A stretch of DNA of 64,000 bases, taken from positions 3,224,001-3,288,000 of the forward strand of contig JBHGNT010000003.1 of NCBI GenBank assembly GCA_043228905.1, written 5' to 3'. Made by a program: the position numbers and the translations under genes. Shown piece after piece: positions 12,690-26,430 of this stretch. Source of the stretch: Azolla caroliniana. Lineage: Eukaryota > Plantae > Polypodiophyta. The notes below the pieces were generated by a model. The model saw only the letters and a program-made list of their open reading frames with translations, had not been told where the DNA came from and ran no database searches. The stretch's first letter is position 1; the number at the start of each line of letters is the position of its first letter.

Positions 12690-14200
12690 GAAGAACATCA
12701 TCACGTGAAACTCCAAACCAATTATAATAAAATATATTGTCCTCCTGTTATATCGTATGAAAGGTATAGGTTAGAATGATTCTATCAACGGAGAACAAAT
12801 CTATTCAGACATTTTGCATGTTACCTCGAAATCGAAGTAATATAACATAGTAAAATTATCTGTATATTGATTGAACTATGGAGCTATTTCTGTCTTCAAC
12901 ATTGGTTAATTAAGCAATCTTCTTGCCTTGTTCCAGTTAAAATTTAGTACGTGTTGCATGTCCGACAAAAAAGTGGCGCTTTAGCTCAATCTTACGACAT
13001 ATGGTGAATCTTAATGAACAACTGTCTATAACATAAAGGTAATTGTAAACCCTTGATAGGTGTCACAAATGAAGATTTAAGAGGACGAAAGCCCCAATTG
13101 AAGACTTGGAAATAGGTAGAGTAAACACAGAGATGGTATATGGGTTCACAAAAAGCACCTGACATCTATCAAGAGGGTTTGTGAGGACTTGGTGTGAGGA
13201 CTGGTGAGCAATATGTGGTGCTCTAATTCATTAAAAGTTACCCATGAGAAGTGATATTAAGAGGTGTAGTTGTTTGTGAATGAGCTGGAAATTTTCAGCC
13301 CTACTTGATAGGTTTGTGTCCTTCTCTTTGGACAATGTGTCACGTTGGTTAATGACAATGTGATTAATGACAATATTTACCAGAATGATCACAATATCTT
13401 TGCAAAACATAATGTGCGGGTCATAGTCATGTGATTACATTCGTACGACAAATATAAAGTCTGGTCGGATTTAGGTCTCAAACTGATGTGACTGGTTTGA
13501 GAAAGAAAAACTGAGTGAGTCTACTATTGATCAATTTAATTAAGAGGAACAATTAAACATGAAAGAAAGGGAGAGTTTGTAAATCCTAGTAAATTGGTTA
13601 TTACGCAAGTGACCTTATTGGCAATGTTAATGAAAACCACCAATGCAATCAGGAAACAGCCATGGCCATGCAGTTTGTAATTGAAATTACACTAACTTTA
13701 AGAAATCACGTTTTATTAATAAGCATTTTGTGTTTCTCTAAGGTGATTGATAATCCTAATTTGAATGGTAGATATTACATTTTGACCTTCCACACCATAG
13801 TTCTAGTTGATCACCTCTTCCATATTTCCATGTTGAAAACATGTCTCTATCATGTCATCTTTTATGCCTTTCTCTCTAGGCTTCTATGTACCTCATCCCT
13901 TCAGAGCTACCCCTTCCCGAAATTCTATAAAGACTTGTGTTGGCTGTAATTCGTAGTACTATTGGGTCGTACATTCCTTTCCGTTTGCTCATGAAACCTT
14001 TTTCTGTTGGATTCTTCTCGTAGTCTAGAAGCCACTCCATCCCAATGTCTTATGCTCTTTGATAATATATCCCAATGTCTTGTATTTCAATCCATCCCAA
14101 TGTCTTGTCTTTTCTTCTCTTGTTTTGTTTATGTATCAGTTTCCTTAGTATTGTTTATTTATCTCATCGATCTCTCATAATCATTCACCTAGCTTCTTTC
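12690..14200. repeat. Dispersed intergenic module (other copies ~34365-35800, ~48100-50100; partial at ~14950-15580 and ~36560-37220)
   Basis: Near-identical ORFs 13662.., 35286.. and 49537/49715.. (ILTFHTIVLVD...QSYPFPKFYKD); internal ccatcccaatgtctt repeats. Confidence 0.8.
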
Positions 14201-14204
14201 AGCA

Positions 14205-14590
14205 TTTTCGCCTCTTAAGTATAGCCAAGCATGTGATCATGAACACATGATGTATGGTAGTATAACACACGACTCATGGCCTGCTCTCGTTCTGGGTAGT
14301 CGGCGTGTGTTGGGCTGGGTTGCATTTCGTGACCTCCTTCGATATAGGTCCAGTACCCTTGTCCAACAAGGTACTGACTGATGCATTTTGTACTTCCAAG
14401 TTGCAAAGTTTGTCCTATCGAGCTTTTCCGTAGGAAGAGTGCTTCCTATCCGAGTATTGATGATCATTTCTTCTTTGTTTCTTCGGTCTATGTAGATTGT
14501 TGTGCACTCATCAGCGGGCTCTTCGTGAACATGAGCTTGAAACAGAACATATGTAGGGAAATGGGCTCTAATACCATGTAAAGAAAGGAG
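14205..14590 (-). mobile_element. Ty1/Copia PBS + gag fragment
   Basis: Minus-strand tRNA-Met PBS TGGTATTAGAG at ~14576-14566; GSTLPTEKLDRTNFATWKYKMHQ..YLVGQGYW. Confidence 0.85.
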
Positions 14591-14754
14591 AGTGATTTGC
14601 AAATAGCTAGAGTAAACAAAGAGATGCTATAGGCTCGTTATTTGATGTTTATATATGTGGTCTAGATGGTTTGAATTCTCTTTTAACTTACCCCAATCAT
14701 TGGCCATTCCAAACTCTACAAGTAGACATTCATTTCAAGTTCCCCAAGATAGAC

Positions 14755-14955
14755 AAGCGTTCCATGAATTTCTTCACATAAATGGCCTTTCATCTATCAA
14801 GAGGGGAATGTTTTAGGTGTTGATACAATGGAGCGATTATGAGGATTTGTGAACGTAGACAAGCGTTCCATGAATTTCTTCACGCAAATAGCTTTACATC
14901 TATCAAGAGAGGAAGGTTTTAGGTGTTGATACAATGGACCGATTGTGAGGATCTA
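14755..14955 (-). pseudogene. Tandemly duplicated DUF247 N-terminal motif fragment (also at ~36365-36560)
   Basis: Minus strand reads IIAPLYQHLKHSPLDR*KAIYVKKFMER, twice; compare LTISPLYHNFEPSPMDRCKAICVQKFMERH at ~22060-22150. Confidence 0.65.
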
Positions 14956-15579
14956 TGAGCAATATGTGCTATCATTACAATTGTGCTATAATTTATTATA
15001 AGTTACACACGAGAGAAGTGATTTTAAGAGTAGGCGTTTTTTAGCCCAACTTGCTAGTGTGTCCTTCTCTTTGGACCATGTATTGAGTAGGGTGATGACA
15101 ATGTGATTTGTGAAACATAATATAGGTCATAGTAATGTGATGACATATGTACAACATATGTAAAATATTAATAGAATTAGGTCTCAAGGTGACATTAATA
15201 GTTTGAGAAAGAAAAAATGGATGAGGTGACTCCCGATCAATTTATTTGAGAGAAAAAGAGTGAGTATAAAAATAATAAGGAGTTTGTGGCAAATGCTAGT
15301 AAATTGGTTATCACTCCTCATATTACGAGCACTAATTAGCACTAATAACACCAGTTTTTGTTGATACTACATGCAAGTGACATTACTAGCAATCTCAATT
15401 GAAACTCAATGCCAATGACATCGAGAAACACTCATAGTTATTGGAATTATTGCATGTTGTTAGCCATTAAAATTCCCCTATCATCAAGACATCATGTATT
15501 GTTAATCATTTATGTTTCTCTATGGTTTTCGATAATCCTAATTTATTACATTTTCGACCTTCCACACCATAGTTCTAGT

Positions 15580-17418
15580 TGTTTGCCTCCTCTGCAAATC
15601 TTATTTCGTTTATTAAAAGATATCGGTACTAATTAGGCGATGCATTTTTTGTACCATAAGTTCTTGAAGAACTCCTCTTTTTAAACATTGTTGTATGTCG
15701 GTGGAGCAGAGAGCCACAATTCTTCCAAGGGTATGAATGCAGAGACAGGAACAATAGAGAGGAAAAAACTCTGAAAAACCCCTAAGACCTTGCAAAATTT
15801 CCTGCTTATATGCAGCAGAGAGGTTTAGTATCTTACGCTATTTCTAGAAAAGAAAACTAAAGTAAAAACATAAGAGCACAGACCAATTTGACCTTTTGGC
15901 CTTTTCACACTTTGTACATGTATCAATCTCCCATTAAAGGGCCTAAACTAAGAGTATGAACAAGAGGAGGTTGAAGTACACAAGGCCTATACCTCCCACT
16001 TGATGGGCGTGTTACATAAGGCGCTAGGTGATACCCATCAAGTGACAACAATGCCCCAATGAATCTTGTGGTAAGGCCTTCGTCAATGCATCTGCAACAT
16101 TTTCTTGAGAAACAACCTTCTCAAGGCTAATACAACCATTAGCTAAACATTCGCGAATGAAATGGTATTGCACTCCAATGTGCTTAGTCTTTGCATGATA
16201 TCCTAGGTTCTTAGCCAAACCAACGACAATCTAACTATCATAAAACAATTTTGGTACATGTTGAGGTATACCCATGTCACTAGCTAAACGAGACAGCCAA
16301 ATTGCTTCCTTACATGCCTCGTTGCCTGCAATATACTCTGCCTCTGTAGTTAACAATGCGACACATTCTTGAAGATGAGATCTCCAAGAAATGGCACCTC
16401 CCATATTTAAAAAAAATACCCTGAAGTAGATTTCCTACTATCAACACATCCAACATAATTTGAATCTGTGTATCCAATGATAGAGACATCACCTTTACCC
16501 AAACATAGACACTTATCTTTAGTGTCACTCAGATATCTCAATATCGACTTGAGTGCATCCCAATGTTTCTTACTAGGATTTGACATCAATCGACTTACCA
16601 CTCCCACTACAAATGGAATGTCTAGTCTTGTAGCCACCATGGCTTACATAAGACTAAGAATAGCAAATTGATAAGGAACCATGGTCATGAATTCCTTGTC
16701 CTCATAAGATGTGGGGAAATCACATGTGCTCAGCTTTACATATGTAGGCAATGGAGTGCTCAACGGCTTTGCAAGCTCAATGGAGTCCTGATTCGTAGCC
16801 AATGCAAGCAACATACACAATGTAGTCACCTTAACTATGGGAGAGAAAATTTGATCAAAGTCAACTCCTTGTTCTTGCTTGAAACCTTTTGCTACCAAGC
16901 GTGCTTTGTACTTTGGAGAAGTCTTATTAGATGTATATTTATACTTGTAGACCCACTTGCATGGTAATACTTTCCTATCCTTTGGCAAAGTTACGAAATC
17001 CCAAGTACCATTCTTATGAATACTATCCAATTCACTTTGCATGGCATGCTCCCACTTAGCATGTCCACTAGCCAACATAGCTTCCTTATAACAAGAGGGT
17101 TCACCTGCATCCGTTAACATCACATAGTTCGTGAGCCTAGCAGGTGGCCTAGAGACATCGGTAGATCGTCTCATTGGTTGCTAAACCGGAGTTTGAATGT
17201 TCTCAGGTTGTACACATGTGTCATCATCTTGAACTTCCTCATATGGGTGAACATATGTAGAACTGTCTGGCATGGGTGTGGGATTATTCTTTTGCACACT
17301 AATAGAGGGTGTAACATCTTGAAACACCACTTTCCTCACTTCGACTTCCTTAATTGCCTGCTTATACATAATCTTTTCATTGGAAACGACATCACTACTT
17401 CTGACTACAGTGCGAATT
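15580..17418 (-). mobile_element. Ty1/Copia remnant: 3' LTR (15580-15925), PPT, RNaseH, internally deleted RT, integrase tail
   Basis: KYKARLVAKGFKQEQGVDF, YTDSNYVGCVDSRKSTSGY, YHAKTKHIGVQYHFIRE, NVADALTK. PPT TTTAATGGGAGAT precedes TGATAC; LTR ends ...AAACA. Confidence 0.9.
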
Positions 17419-18340
17419 GGAGTGGTTCTCGTACCTTGAAAAACCGATACAACCTGGAGTAGTCGTAACTGGATACGACACTCCGCATCCGATCGCGAAT
17501 GTCGGAGAAGTTCCCCTTAGCCATGTCGGGCAGAAAGGGAAACTCATGAACGTGCTGCACGTTCCGGCAATCACGAAGAACTTGGTCTCGGTCGGACAGA
17601 TCGTCGACCAAGGGATGGAGGTTTGGTTTACACACCTCGGGTGCTTCATTGAGGAAGAAGGCCATGTGATTGCGCAAGGGTGCAGAGACGGGAGGATGTT
17701 CATCCTCGATTCCACTGACGGCGGCACCGCAATGTTCGCGAAGGGACAAAAATCCGAGTCGGACATCGACTTGTGGCACAAACGGATAGGCCACGTCAAC
17801 TACCAGCGGCACAAATTTGTGAAGCCTGCCAACTCGGGAAGCAACACTGACTTCCTTTCCCCAACGAGCGAAACCGGAGCCGGAACAAGCTCGACCTTAT
17901 AAACTCCGATGTATGGGGGCCGACACAAAACGTTAGTCTTGGCGGGAGCCGATATTTCATCTTCTTCATCGATGACCACATGCGGCACACGTGGATCTAC
18001 CTCATTGAGAGCAAGAGCGAAGTCTTCGACTGTTTCCGGGATCTCAGAGGGTTCGTGGAAACGGAAACGGGACGAAAGATCAATTGCCTGTGGTCGGATG
18101 GCGGGAAATAGTACTTTTCTGGTCAATTCAACGGTTATCTACAACAAATGGGAATTCGGCGCGAATTTAGTTGTAGATACACGCCGGAGCAGAACGGCGT
18201 GGCCGAGAGGAAGAATCGGTCAGTTGTGGAAGCGGCGCGGGCAATGCTGGAGGAGAAGAGCTTGCCCAAGTTCTACTGGGCCGAGGCGGTAAGGACCGCG
18301 ATATACATCCAGAACCTGATCGGAGACAAAGTGTCGGATC
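17419..18340 (+). mobile_element. GC-rich Ty1/Copia internal fragment (post-protease, GAG-pre-integrase, integrase)
   Basis: LHVPAITKNLVSVGQI, LWHKRIGHVN, YTPEQNGVAERKNRSVVEAARAML..FYWAEAV. Frameshifted, with an internal deletion near 17808. Confidence 0.9.
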
Positions 18341-18435
18341 GGATTGAAAGTCTTTAAACAATGTTGAGGAAAATTCTAAAGGCCATGAAATATCATTATG
18401 TCACATTCGACTCTTTCTAAACATAACAGATTCCA

Positions 18436-19340
18436 CTAGTAATAACCTAAGATTGCGTAGATAGTCTGCAATAACGGCAATATGAGGATTAGCATTGCAG
18501 CAATGACCGATGCAGTCAGCCATGGGCGAGAGAAGAACATCTCATGAAACTCCACAGACATGCAATGCCAAGGGTTTTCATAATCACGTAGTACCTCCCA
18601 TGTCATCTTGTCCCATCTTCTGCATGATCGAATCGTGACACTTCCGCTCATGTTGTTCCACATGTTGACAAACTTCTGATCGCTCTTGAGGTGCTTCACT
18701 ATCACCCCCGCCTTAGTCAAGATTGTTAGATCCTCTGTTCTATATATGAGCGAATCCATTATGACAACATACTTAGCAAACTCACCTCTTCTTTGGAGGT
18801 TTGCTTATAGGCAAGCAGGTTCCACAACACATTCTCCGTGCCTTCGTACACCACAGTCCGCAGAAGATAGAGCTGAAGTTTCTTTCCATGATACTTGATC
18901 ATTTATGTGCCACTTTTATGAGCCGAACGTGTAGTGCTCGAAAAGAATAAGAATTCATGAATGAAGACGGTATCGATAGTAACCAGAAGTTGGAAATCTT
19001 TAATGTAATCTTGGGAGAGGTTTGAATAATGCTTGTTAAGATCGTGGGGTTTAGGAATGAGGTATTCTATGAGCTTTACCACATCTGATTTCTCATGTCT
19101 TTGCATGAATTTCTTCACACATAGTGCCTTAAAGTCATCAAGACAGAATTTGGTCACAAGATTTGTATACAATGGTGCAATGGTCAGGTTTTCATCCCAA
19201 TATGGTTTCTACTTGGCTTCCCAGATTTTTTGGGAGGAATCGAGATCTTCACATTTTCATCGACACTTCTTCTTCTACTACTATTACTTCTTCTGAACTG
19301 ATACTTTCTTCTTCATCTTCTTCTAAGCTTAAAGATATTA
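18436..19340 (-). pseudogene. DUF247 pseudogene (type A, copy 2), retains C-terminal TM
   Basis: Near-identical to 535-1260. ORF 18436-18759 ends FFSRPWLTASVIAAMLILILPLLQTIYAILGYY; frameshifts lie upstream. Confidence 0.88.
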
Positions 19341-21014
19341 TTTTGTATACTCTAAGTTGTTAGTTGTTCACAAGTCTTTGATTCAACTTCCATCTCCCCA
19401 AATAATGGGGGGTTTGTGGCAAATAGATTTTATGTTCATACAATTACTAATATTGTAATCTGAAATAATGCTCATCCCTAGGTTAGTGATATAGATTCCT
19501 TGTGATGCAATGTTCAATTTTCTATAATTTTGATAAAGGGTGAGCTCTCTTATACTTGTTGTTTGTGGATATAACCTCAAGGTTATTTATATATGAATAA
19601 AGATCTCCAACTATTTGTGGGGAGCATTAAGTGATAGGTGAGCTTTATTACTTTGAAGGTGAGTTTCTTTCCCTGAAGGCAACCTTGTGAACCCAAGTTG
19701 GGAATATCCCACTATGTACCCCATCCATGAAACAAGTGTAGAATCAATTATGAAATTACGAAACAATGTGAATCATAATATAAGTATGACATTGATAAGT
19801 ACAAAAAGTTAAACATTGATGACACTTTAACCCTTGTAGTATTTTCACTTACGAAATTATGTTTTTGTGGAAAAAGTTATTGAATACTCGACTTTTAAAA
19901 TGGGTGTGTTATGCCTAATATGTAATTGATTGATATCACGTGTAAGAGATATATTTGAAGATGTTAAAATATGACCACGTCAATATATTAATATCCGAGT
20001 GCTCTAAAGACTACCCCCCTAGTTAAGATGTCTATTTCCCTAATTAAATGTTCCAAGCAGTTGGGTTGAAAAACAAAAGACACATCAAAGGAATAGTTTA
20101 GTGAAATTTCTCAATGGAAGGCCAATTATTTGAGTAAAACTGGATGAAATGACCCCTAAATTCATACAATGTGAAGTTTAAGAGATATCGTGTTTATTGA
20201 AAGCCTGTAAACAATGTTGGTGAAAACTCTAAAGGTCGTGAAACATAATTATGTCACATTAGAAGAGAAAAAGCAAGTCTAATTAAGACGTAGCGAAATT
20301 CGGTTTTGGATGCTCAATAATCCCCCATGAAAAGCAATAACATGTGGAAGAATTTTAATGTTTGAGTAGGCCAGGCTGCTGTAAAAGCTATGAAGATGCC
20401 GCCATATCTTATCATATGAATTGCTTCATACAAACCTCTCAATTACATCTGGCGATGACAGAAAGATATGTATCCATCCAATCACTAATGTAGTGTATTT
20501 AATGATTCAGTTTTAGATTGTACCCGTCAATATTGATTACATAAGCATATCACAAAAATGAGATCAATAGGCTAACGTTAGCATATCACGCAATGGAATT
20601 TTGAGATCAATAGACCACTCCTCCTGTCTTGTCGATTGCCATCTAACCAATCCTTCAAATCTATCATCCATCCATTAGTTAGTGAAGTTTGGTGGGGGGA
20701 TATTCTAACAAACTTTCTAGTAATTTTTGGAAACGAGAGGTATGAAAGACAAACTAAATGGATTTGGCGGAAGTGATTCGTTATTGTAACAACTTACAAG
20801 TATGTATGTTCATGAGACTCATGGAACTAATAATTGCATTAGGGTTGATTTGGACATTCTATAATCAATCAATTTGTTTGCCATCGTGTTCAACTTGTAG
20901 GTAATTTAATGAACGTGCGATCAGGAAGAAAATGATGATGAAGATGGAGAAGAAGAAATTGTGCTTCACTACTTCACTACGTCAATCTACTCCCACAACA
21001 TCTATGTCCATTAA

Positions 21015-21176
21015 TTTATACATGAATCATTAAAACGATTCACCATAAGTACATAATCGTACACAAATTTCATAGGGCAATCCGGTTCAAGACTACAATT
21101 TACAAATACATAAATAATGGGAATTAGTTTCATAAGCCAATCTGTTCTAGGACCACAAATACATAAATAATGGGCA
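21015..21176. repeat. ~136-bp repeat, ~1 unit plus partial, 3' of DUF247 pseudogene
   Basis: tttatacatgaatcattaaaacgattcaccataagtacataatc. Confidence 0.75.
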
Positions 21177-21253
21177 AGAAGCATACGATTGAATTAAATA
21201 AAGTTGATTGTGTTGAGAGCTTCTGAAGTTTTGCCTTTGGTATAAGGCTGTGG

Positions 21254-23292
21254 TTAAAATTTGGTGTTGAGATAATCTAAGACAGAAAAGATTGGCTGCA
21301 ATATCGAAGCTATGAGCAATAGAAACGCGGCGATAAATGATGCCGTATACCATGGCCTAGAAAAGTATCTTTCGTTAAACTCTACACGCCATCGATGTCA
21401 ACGGGAGGAATGGTCGGCCATTAATTCCGTGTGGAGATCGTAGCACTTATCGATGCACATGTTTTTCCACATGCCGACCAAACTCTGACCGGTTCCCAGG
21501 TTGTTCTATATAACCTTGGCTTTTTCCAAGATTGCGAGATCTACCTTGGTGTCGATGAGCTCCTCCATTCTGAATCCATACATTGAAAACATAGTTCCAT
21601 ATCTTTTACTTATCTCCAATGCAATGAGGTTCCTCAGCACATCCTCCGTGTTGTTGTACACTGCAAGTTTCGGAAGATGCAGCCCATGTGTTGTAACAAA
21701 GTACTCAATAATATATAAAACATTAGATAATTTATCTTAAGCGCAAGCAATATTGAATCGGAGCTTTCGATAAAAACTAAGCTTAGGATTACAATGATTT
21801 CTTATGAGTTAGTTTGCTTTAACAACTTGATCTTCCACAATTACAGGCTCAAGTCAATTATAAAATTCTTCTCTTCAGAGTCAAGCCAATCCTCACTCAA
21901 TAATACTAAGAATTCATGAATGAAGATGGTATCAACGGTGACAAGATGTCTCAAGGAATCAAAGTTTTAAGCCCTGGTTATGCTGAAATAGATGTCACTA
22001 AGTTCCTGGGGCTCGGGGATGAGATTTGTCATGATATCTCCCACATGTGGTATCTTATGTCTTTCCATGAATTTCTGCACACATATGGCCTTGCATCTAT
22101 CCATAGGGGAAGGCTCGAAGTTATGATACAATGGACTGATTGTCAGTATCTGCAGGTAATATTGATGGGAATATGTGACTGAATCGGGATTATTTAAACT
22201 TCAAACAGAATTAACACTTGATTAAACCAAAAGACGAAAAATGAGAGTACACCGGAAAAAATTTAACGTGGAAAACCCAAAATAGCGAAAACCCAAATTA
22301 ACACTTGCATCTATCCATAGGGGAAGGCTCGAAGTTATGATACAATGGACCGATTGTCAGTATCTCCAGGTAATATTGATGGGAATATGTGACTGAATCG
22401 GGATTATTTAAACTTCAAACAGAATTAACACTTGATTAAACCACAAGACGAAAAATGAGAGTACACCTAAAAAAAATTAACGTAGAAAACCCAAAATAGC
22501 GAAAAACCATGGGGATCGTAGGTTCCAAACAACTTCATTATATTTTTGAGTACAACGGAATATGACCTCACTAGAAGTATGTATCTACCTCCAGGCAATG
22601 GCCTTGGTTACAACTTTCACCCAATCGGGTGAATAGAATAACACAAATTATAAACTAAGTACGACCTCTCTAGGTTTTGACTAGAGGAACGTACAAGCCT
22701 CAAGGCAATAGCCTTGGCTACACAATAGTGGGTACAAATGAGTACAGACTCTCTAGGTTTTGACTAGAGAAATGTCCTAGCCTCAAGGCAACAACCTTGG
22801 CTACAATCTTCACTCGATTGGGTGGATACAACAACAATAAGCACAAGGAATGTGCTAGTCTCTCTAGGTTTTTGTTTAGAGGAAATATATTAGCTTCAAG
22901 GCAACAACCTTGGTTACGATCCTCACTCGATTGGGTGGATAAACCAAGCAAATAACCTTACAATTCTTCACCCAATTGGGTGGATAGAAAAACTAGCAAA
23001 ATAGGAAACAAGAAAACAACATGAAACGAAGTAACCTGATGCAAGTAAACAGGAGAGGTGTTGCACAGTCGTGGTTCTCTGTGAAAACGACTAACTCCTC
23101 ACAGGTCTCTGTCTCCTCCATTTCCGTAGAACGCTCTTCCTCTTGTTCTCACTCTTTCGTTCTCTATTTTTTGTTTTTTCTCTCTGTTTCTGTTTTACTT
23201 TGTGTTCTATCAGAAAATCAAATCACGCTCTGTTTCCCCCTTCTCCTTTTTATGTTTTTCTCCATGTTGTCCAACGCCTATGTACATGTGTT

Positions 23293-23324
<32 letters not shown>

Positions 23325-23820
23325 ACACACACCAAAAAACATACAAAAGGAAAAAGGGTATACATACACATATATATATATATGTATATATAAATATAAT
23401 CATACATAATTTTAACTTTCCCCTTTTTGGCCCTAAGCCAATTCGGTACCCAGCCGACTCCCAATCGGCTATATGCTCAGCCGACTACTGACACGCAGCT
23501 GATTCTCAATCAGCCCTTTGGCTCTGTGTTGTGGGCTCCACTTAAGTGGATCTGCCCAACAAATATGAGTATAGCTTCGCCTTGAACAGTGCAAGCGGGA
23601 TCAATCTGATCACTTTAGGCTTTTGGGACGTAGATGTGTGTGCAACCATACTATCATTAAGCTTAAGAGCAGCAAATTAGATTTCTTTCTCCATGTAGTT
23701 TTTCCATTCTTCTGGTTTTTCAGTGAGTGGATTAGGTTGCTCGACAAACAATTTATAGATAGTGGGGATGGGATTATGTGGATGTAGATGTTCGGCCATT
23801 TGTTTCCCATTGGAAGCATT
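21254..23820 (-). pseudogene. DUF247 pseudogene (type C, copy 1) interrupted by a solo LTR
   Basis: C-terminus RYFSRPWYTASFIAAFLLLIASILQ (stop at 21254-21256), NTEDVLRNLIALE, LVTVDTIFIHEFL, LTISPLYH. Beyond the LTR the frame fragments read PEEWKNYMEKE (~23690-23720), like EWKNSI/EWKVSM of the paralogs. Confidence 0.82.
22390..23561 (-). mobile_element. Copia-type solo LTR, ~1172 bp, TG...CA, flanked by AATATG duplication
   Basis: Minus strand starts TGTTGGGCAG; AATATG at 22384-22389 and 23562-23567; ggttttccacgttaa motif; internal tandem repeats at 22560-23000; (CA)n at ~23293-23320. Confidence 0.82.
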
Positions 23821-25674
23821 ATTCATCATCATCATCTCCTTCTTTTGTTGTTGTTTGATACTTAAAAAATGGTATAATAGTATGTGAATGGACTTTCCTT
23901 TAGGGAGAAGATAGTTCTTAGAGTATGTTTATCATTCATGATCAATTCGTTGGTCTTTATAGGTGTTGTGAAGTGTAGGAAACTCCATGTCTGTGTATGA
24001 ATGTAAAAGAGAGAAATGCTTTGAAGTATACCATGATTGTTTTATCTTAACACACACACTTAGGTCACATTTTCGAGCACAATAATAAAATCTTCCTATC
24101 TAGCTACCCAATCAAAGAAGCTGCTCAAAATATACATAAACATATGTGTGTCTCATAGAAATTGAGAATGTTTGTTGGTGAGAGATTTTGATCTATGGCA
24201 ATATACATATATATATGAAGGGATGAAAAAAGAAAAGAAAGAGGGGTAAGAAAGGAAAGAAATGAAGAGTTTTACGATTACCTTTCTTTAGCACTAAAAT
24301 GGAGAGCTTTTACAGTCATAGAAGAAGAGTCATAAGAGAAACAGAATAAGATAAGTAGGAGGGAGAGAGACAGTGACTCTCTTTTTTTGTTGCTTCAAAG
24401 ATACTCTAAGTGATGGAAGGTTATATTTGTAATTAACATAAAGTGAGAGAAACTATGAACAAATTTTAAATTATCCAAAACTCTCCTCCATACATAAACT
24501 TCATTACATTACATTACATTACCACATTGACATTCATTATGGAGCGATAACTTCTGGGTGCTAAGCATGCTTTTCCCTCAAGTAATAATAGTGTGTTAAG
24601 TGTCGGTTGGAATTGCGCTTGAATCGGATTTGCGAAAAATGAATTGGTAATGTAGTAATTTTTTTAGAAATTTCAATATTTTCTTCATTCAATTGTACTT
24701 TCCATTTTGGAAATGTCGGAGTGCTCTTAGTATTAATCAAAATATGATTCAATAATTATGTTTGAAAATTATGTATTGCTGACACCTTGTTAATAATTTG
24801 AGTCTAGATCCTCTCCTAACTAATGGGAACGTAGCTCCTTTTTTGGAAAAGAAAAAAAGTTTAGTCTAGATTGTGGAGCAGGCTTCTCCATTGGTATTGT
24901 CATCAACTTTGTAATTTGTAGGGCCTCAAAATCAAGGTATTATCATACAAAACTATCACTTTTCCTTTATTTCGTAAATAGTATTGAATTGTTGTTTTGC
25001 CTCCGCCCCTCTTTAGAGCACTTGATCTAAGCATATATGCTACAATTGTTTCCTCAATCTTATCAACGGACAACAGAATGTATTCAGACATTTGCACGTT
25101 GTCGATTAAAACGATGTATATGTGTGTGCATTCTTAAATATTAAAAGGATGACCGCTTTGGAAGCTGATTTTTATCAAACAATGAAGCCATGTTGATTCA
25201 ATACAATATGATCTAACATATGTTGGTAGATTCTTGTGTTTCTTTTTTTAAACTAGAGCGGAGGTTTGATCACATAAACACGCCTAAGCCTTCATGTGGC
25301 TAACAAAATATCTTTGTCATTTCTCTTGTAAACTATTACATGCAAATGCTCATGCAATATGTGCTTTTCACATTTGAGACATTACTATGTTGGGATAACC
25401 ATTATGTTTTTGTGAGCTAATTGATCTCACTTCTCATTGTATGTTAGATATTGGAGATGTTACCTTTAAAGTTGAATAAAGTCACAAAGCAAGGTTCATG
25501 ACATGATTCTCAACCTCATTTGCATAGAGTGTAGGTGTTTGATAAGCAGGGTCTTGTAATATACCTCAAATCCTAATCCATTTGTGAATGTGTGTGTTTT
25601 TTGTAGCAATTTGGCAACTAGAAGGGCACATTGTCTAAATCTATTGAAGATGGGCCAAATTGGAATGTATTTAC

Positions 25675-26430
25675 AATGGCTACATCTCATTCTTTCATCT
25701 ATACATAATCAATAGGCTATAAATTCGCAGGCTATTACAAATTTAAGCCCTAAATTCACCACTGAACCTTAATCAAACCTTGGGGTAAAAATAAAGAAGC
25801 TTTGTTATTTCTGTTGTTTCTTATTCATTTGGGTGTTCATTGTACGTTATTTTTGTTATTTCTCCATTTGGATTGACAAGGAATTAGAGTTCTATGGACT
25901 CATAAAGACATGGTCAAATATGCTATTTGCAATCGGACATTGTACTTAAGATAAATAATTTGATTATTATTGTATTATGGACTATCTGATTACAACATTG
26001 GTCAAATAAGCAATCATCTTGTCTTCTCCCAGATAAAATGAAGTACGTTTTGTATGAGTCTCATTAGACAATCAAGTACGCTTTAACCGCATCACAACCA
26101 TAACGTTAGGATAGAGTCCCCAACAGTAGCCATACAATGCATATCCAAAAATTTATGCAAGAGCTCAACTTAAAAGGATGGGTGTTGGCAAGTAATATGC
26201 AAGTAATGGTGACACTTTCGCTCATGTTGTTCCACATGTTGACCAACTTCTGCTCGCTCCCGAGGTGGTTCACTATCACCCCCGCCTTAGTCAAGATTGC
26301 TAGATCCTCTGCTGTATCAATGGTCGAGTCCATTATGACAGCATACTTAGCAAACTCACCTCCAAAGACCTCCTTCTTTGGAGGTCTGCTCATAGGCAAG
26401 GAGGTACTGCAGCACATTCTCCGTGCCTTC
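25675..26430. repeat. Segmental duplicate of 1-756, including DUF247 type A C-terminal fragment (~26208-26430, minus)
   Basis: Constant offset of 25674 with only scattered mismatches; then jumps to the equivalent of ~3200 (deletion of ~2.4 kb). Confidence 0.92.

Noticed and set aside
23021-23491. Overlapping ORFs with THTH/CVCV runs
   Set aside because: Products of microsatellites within an LTR.
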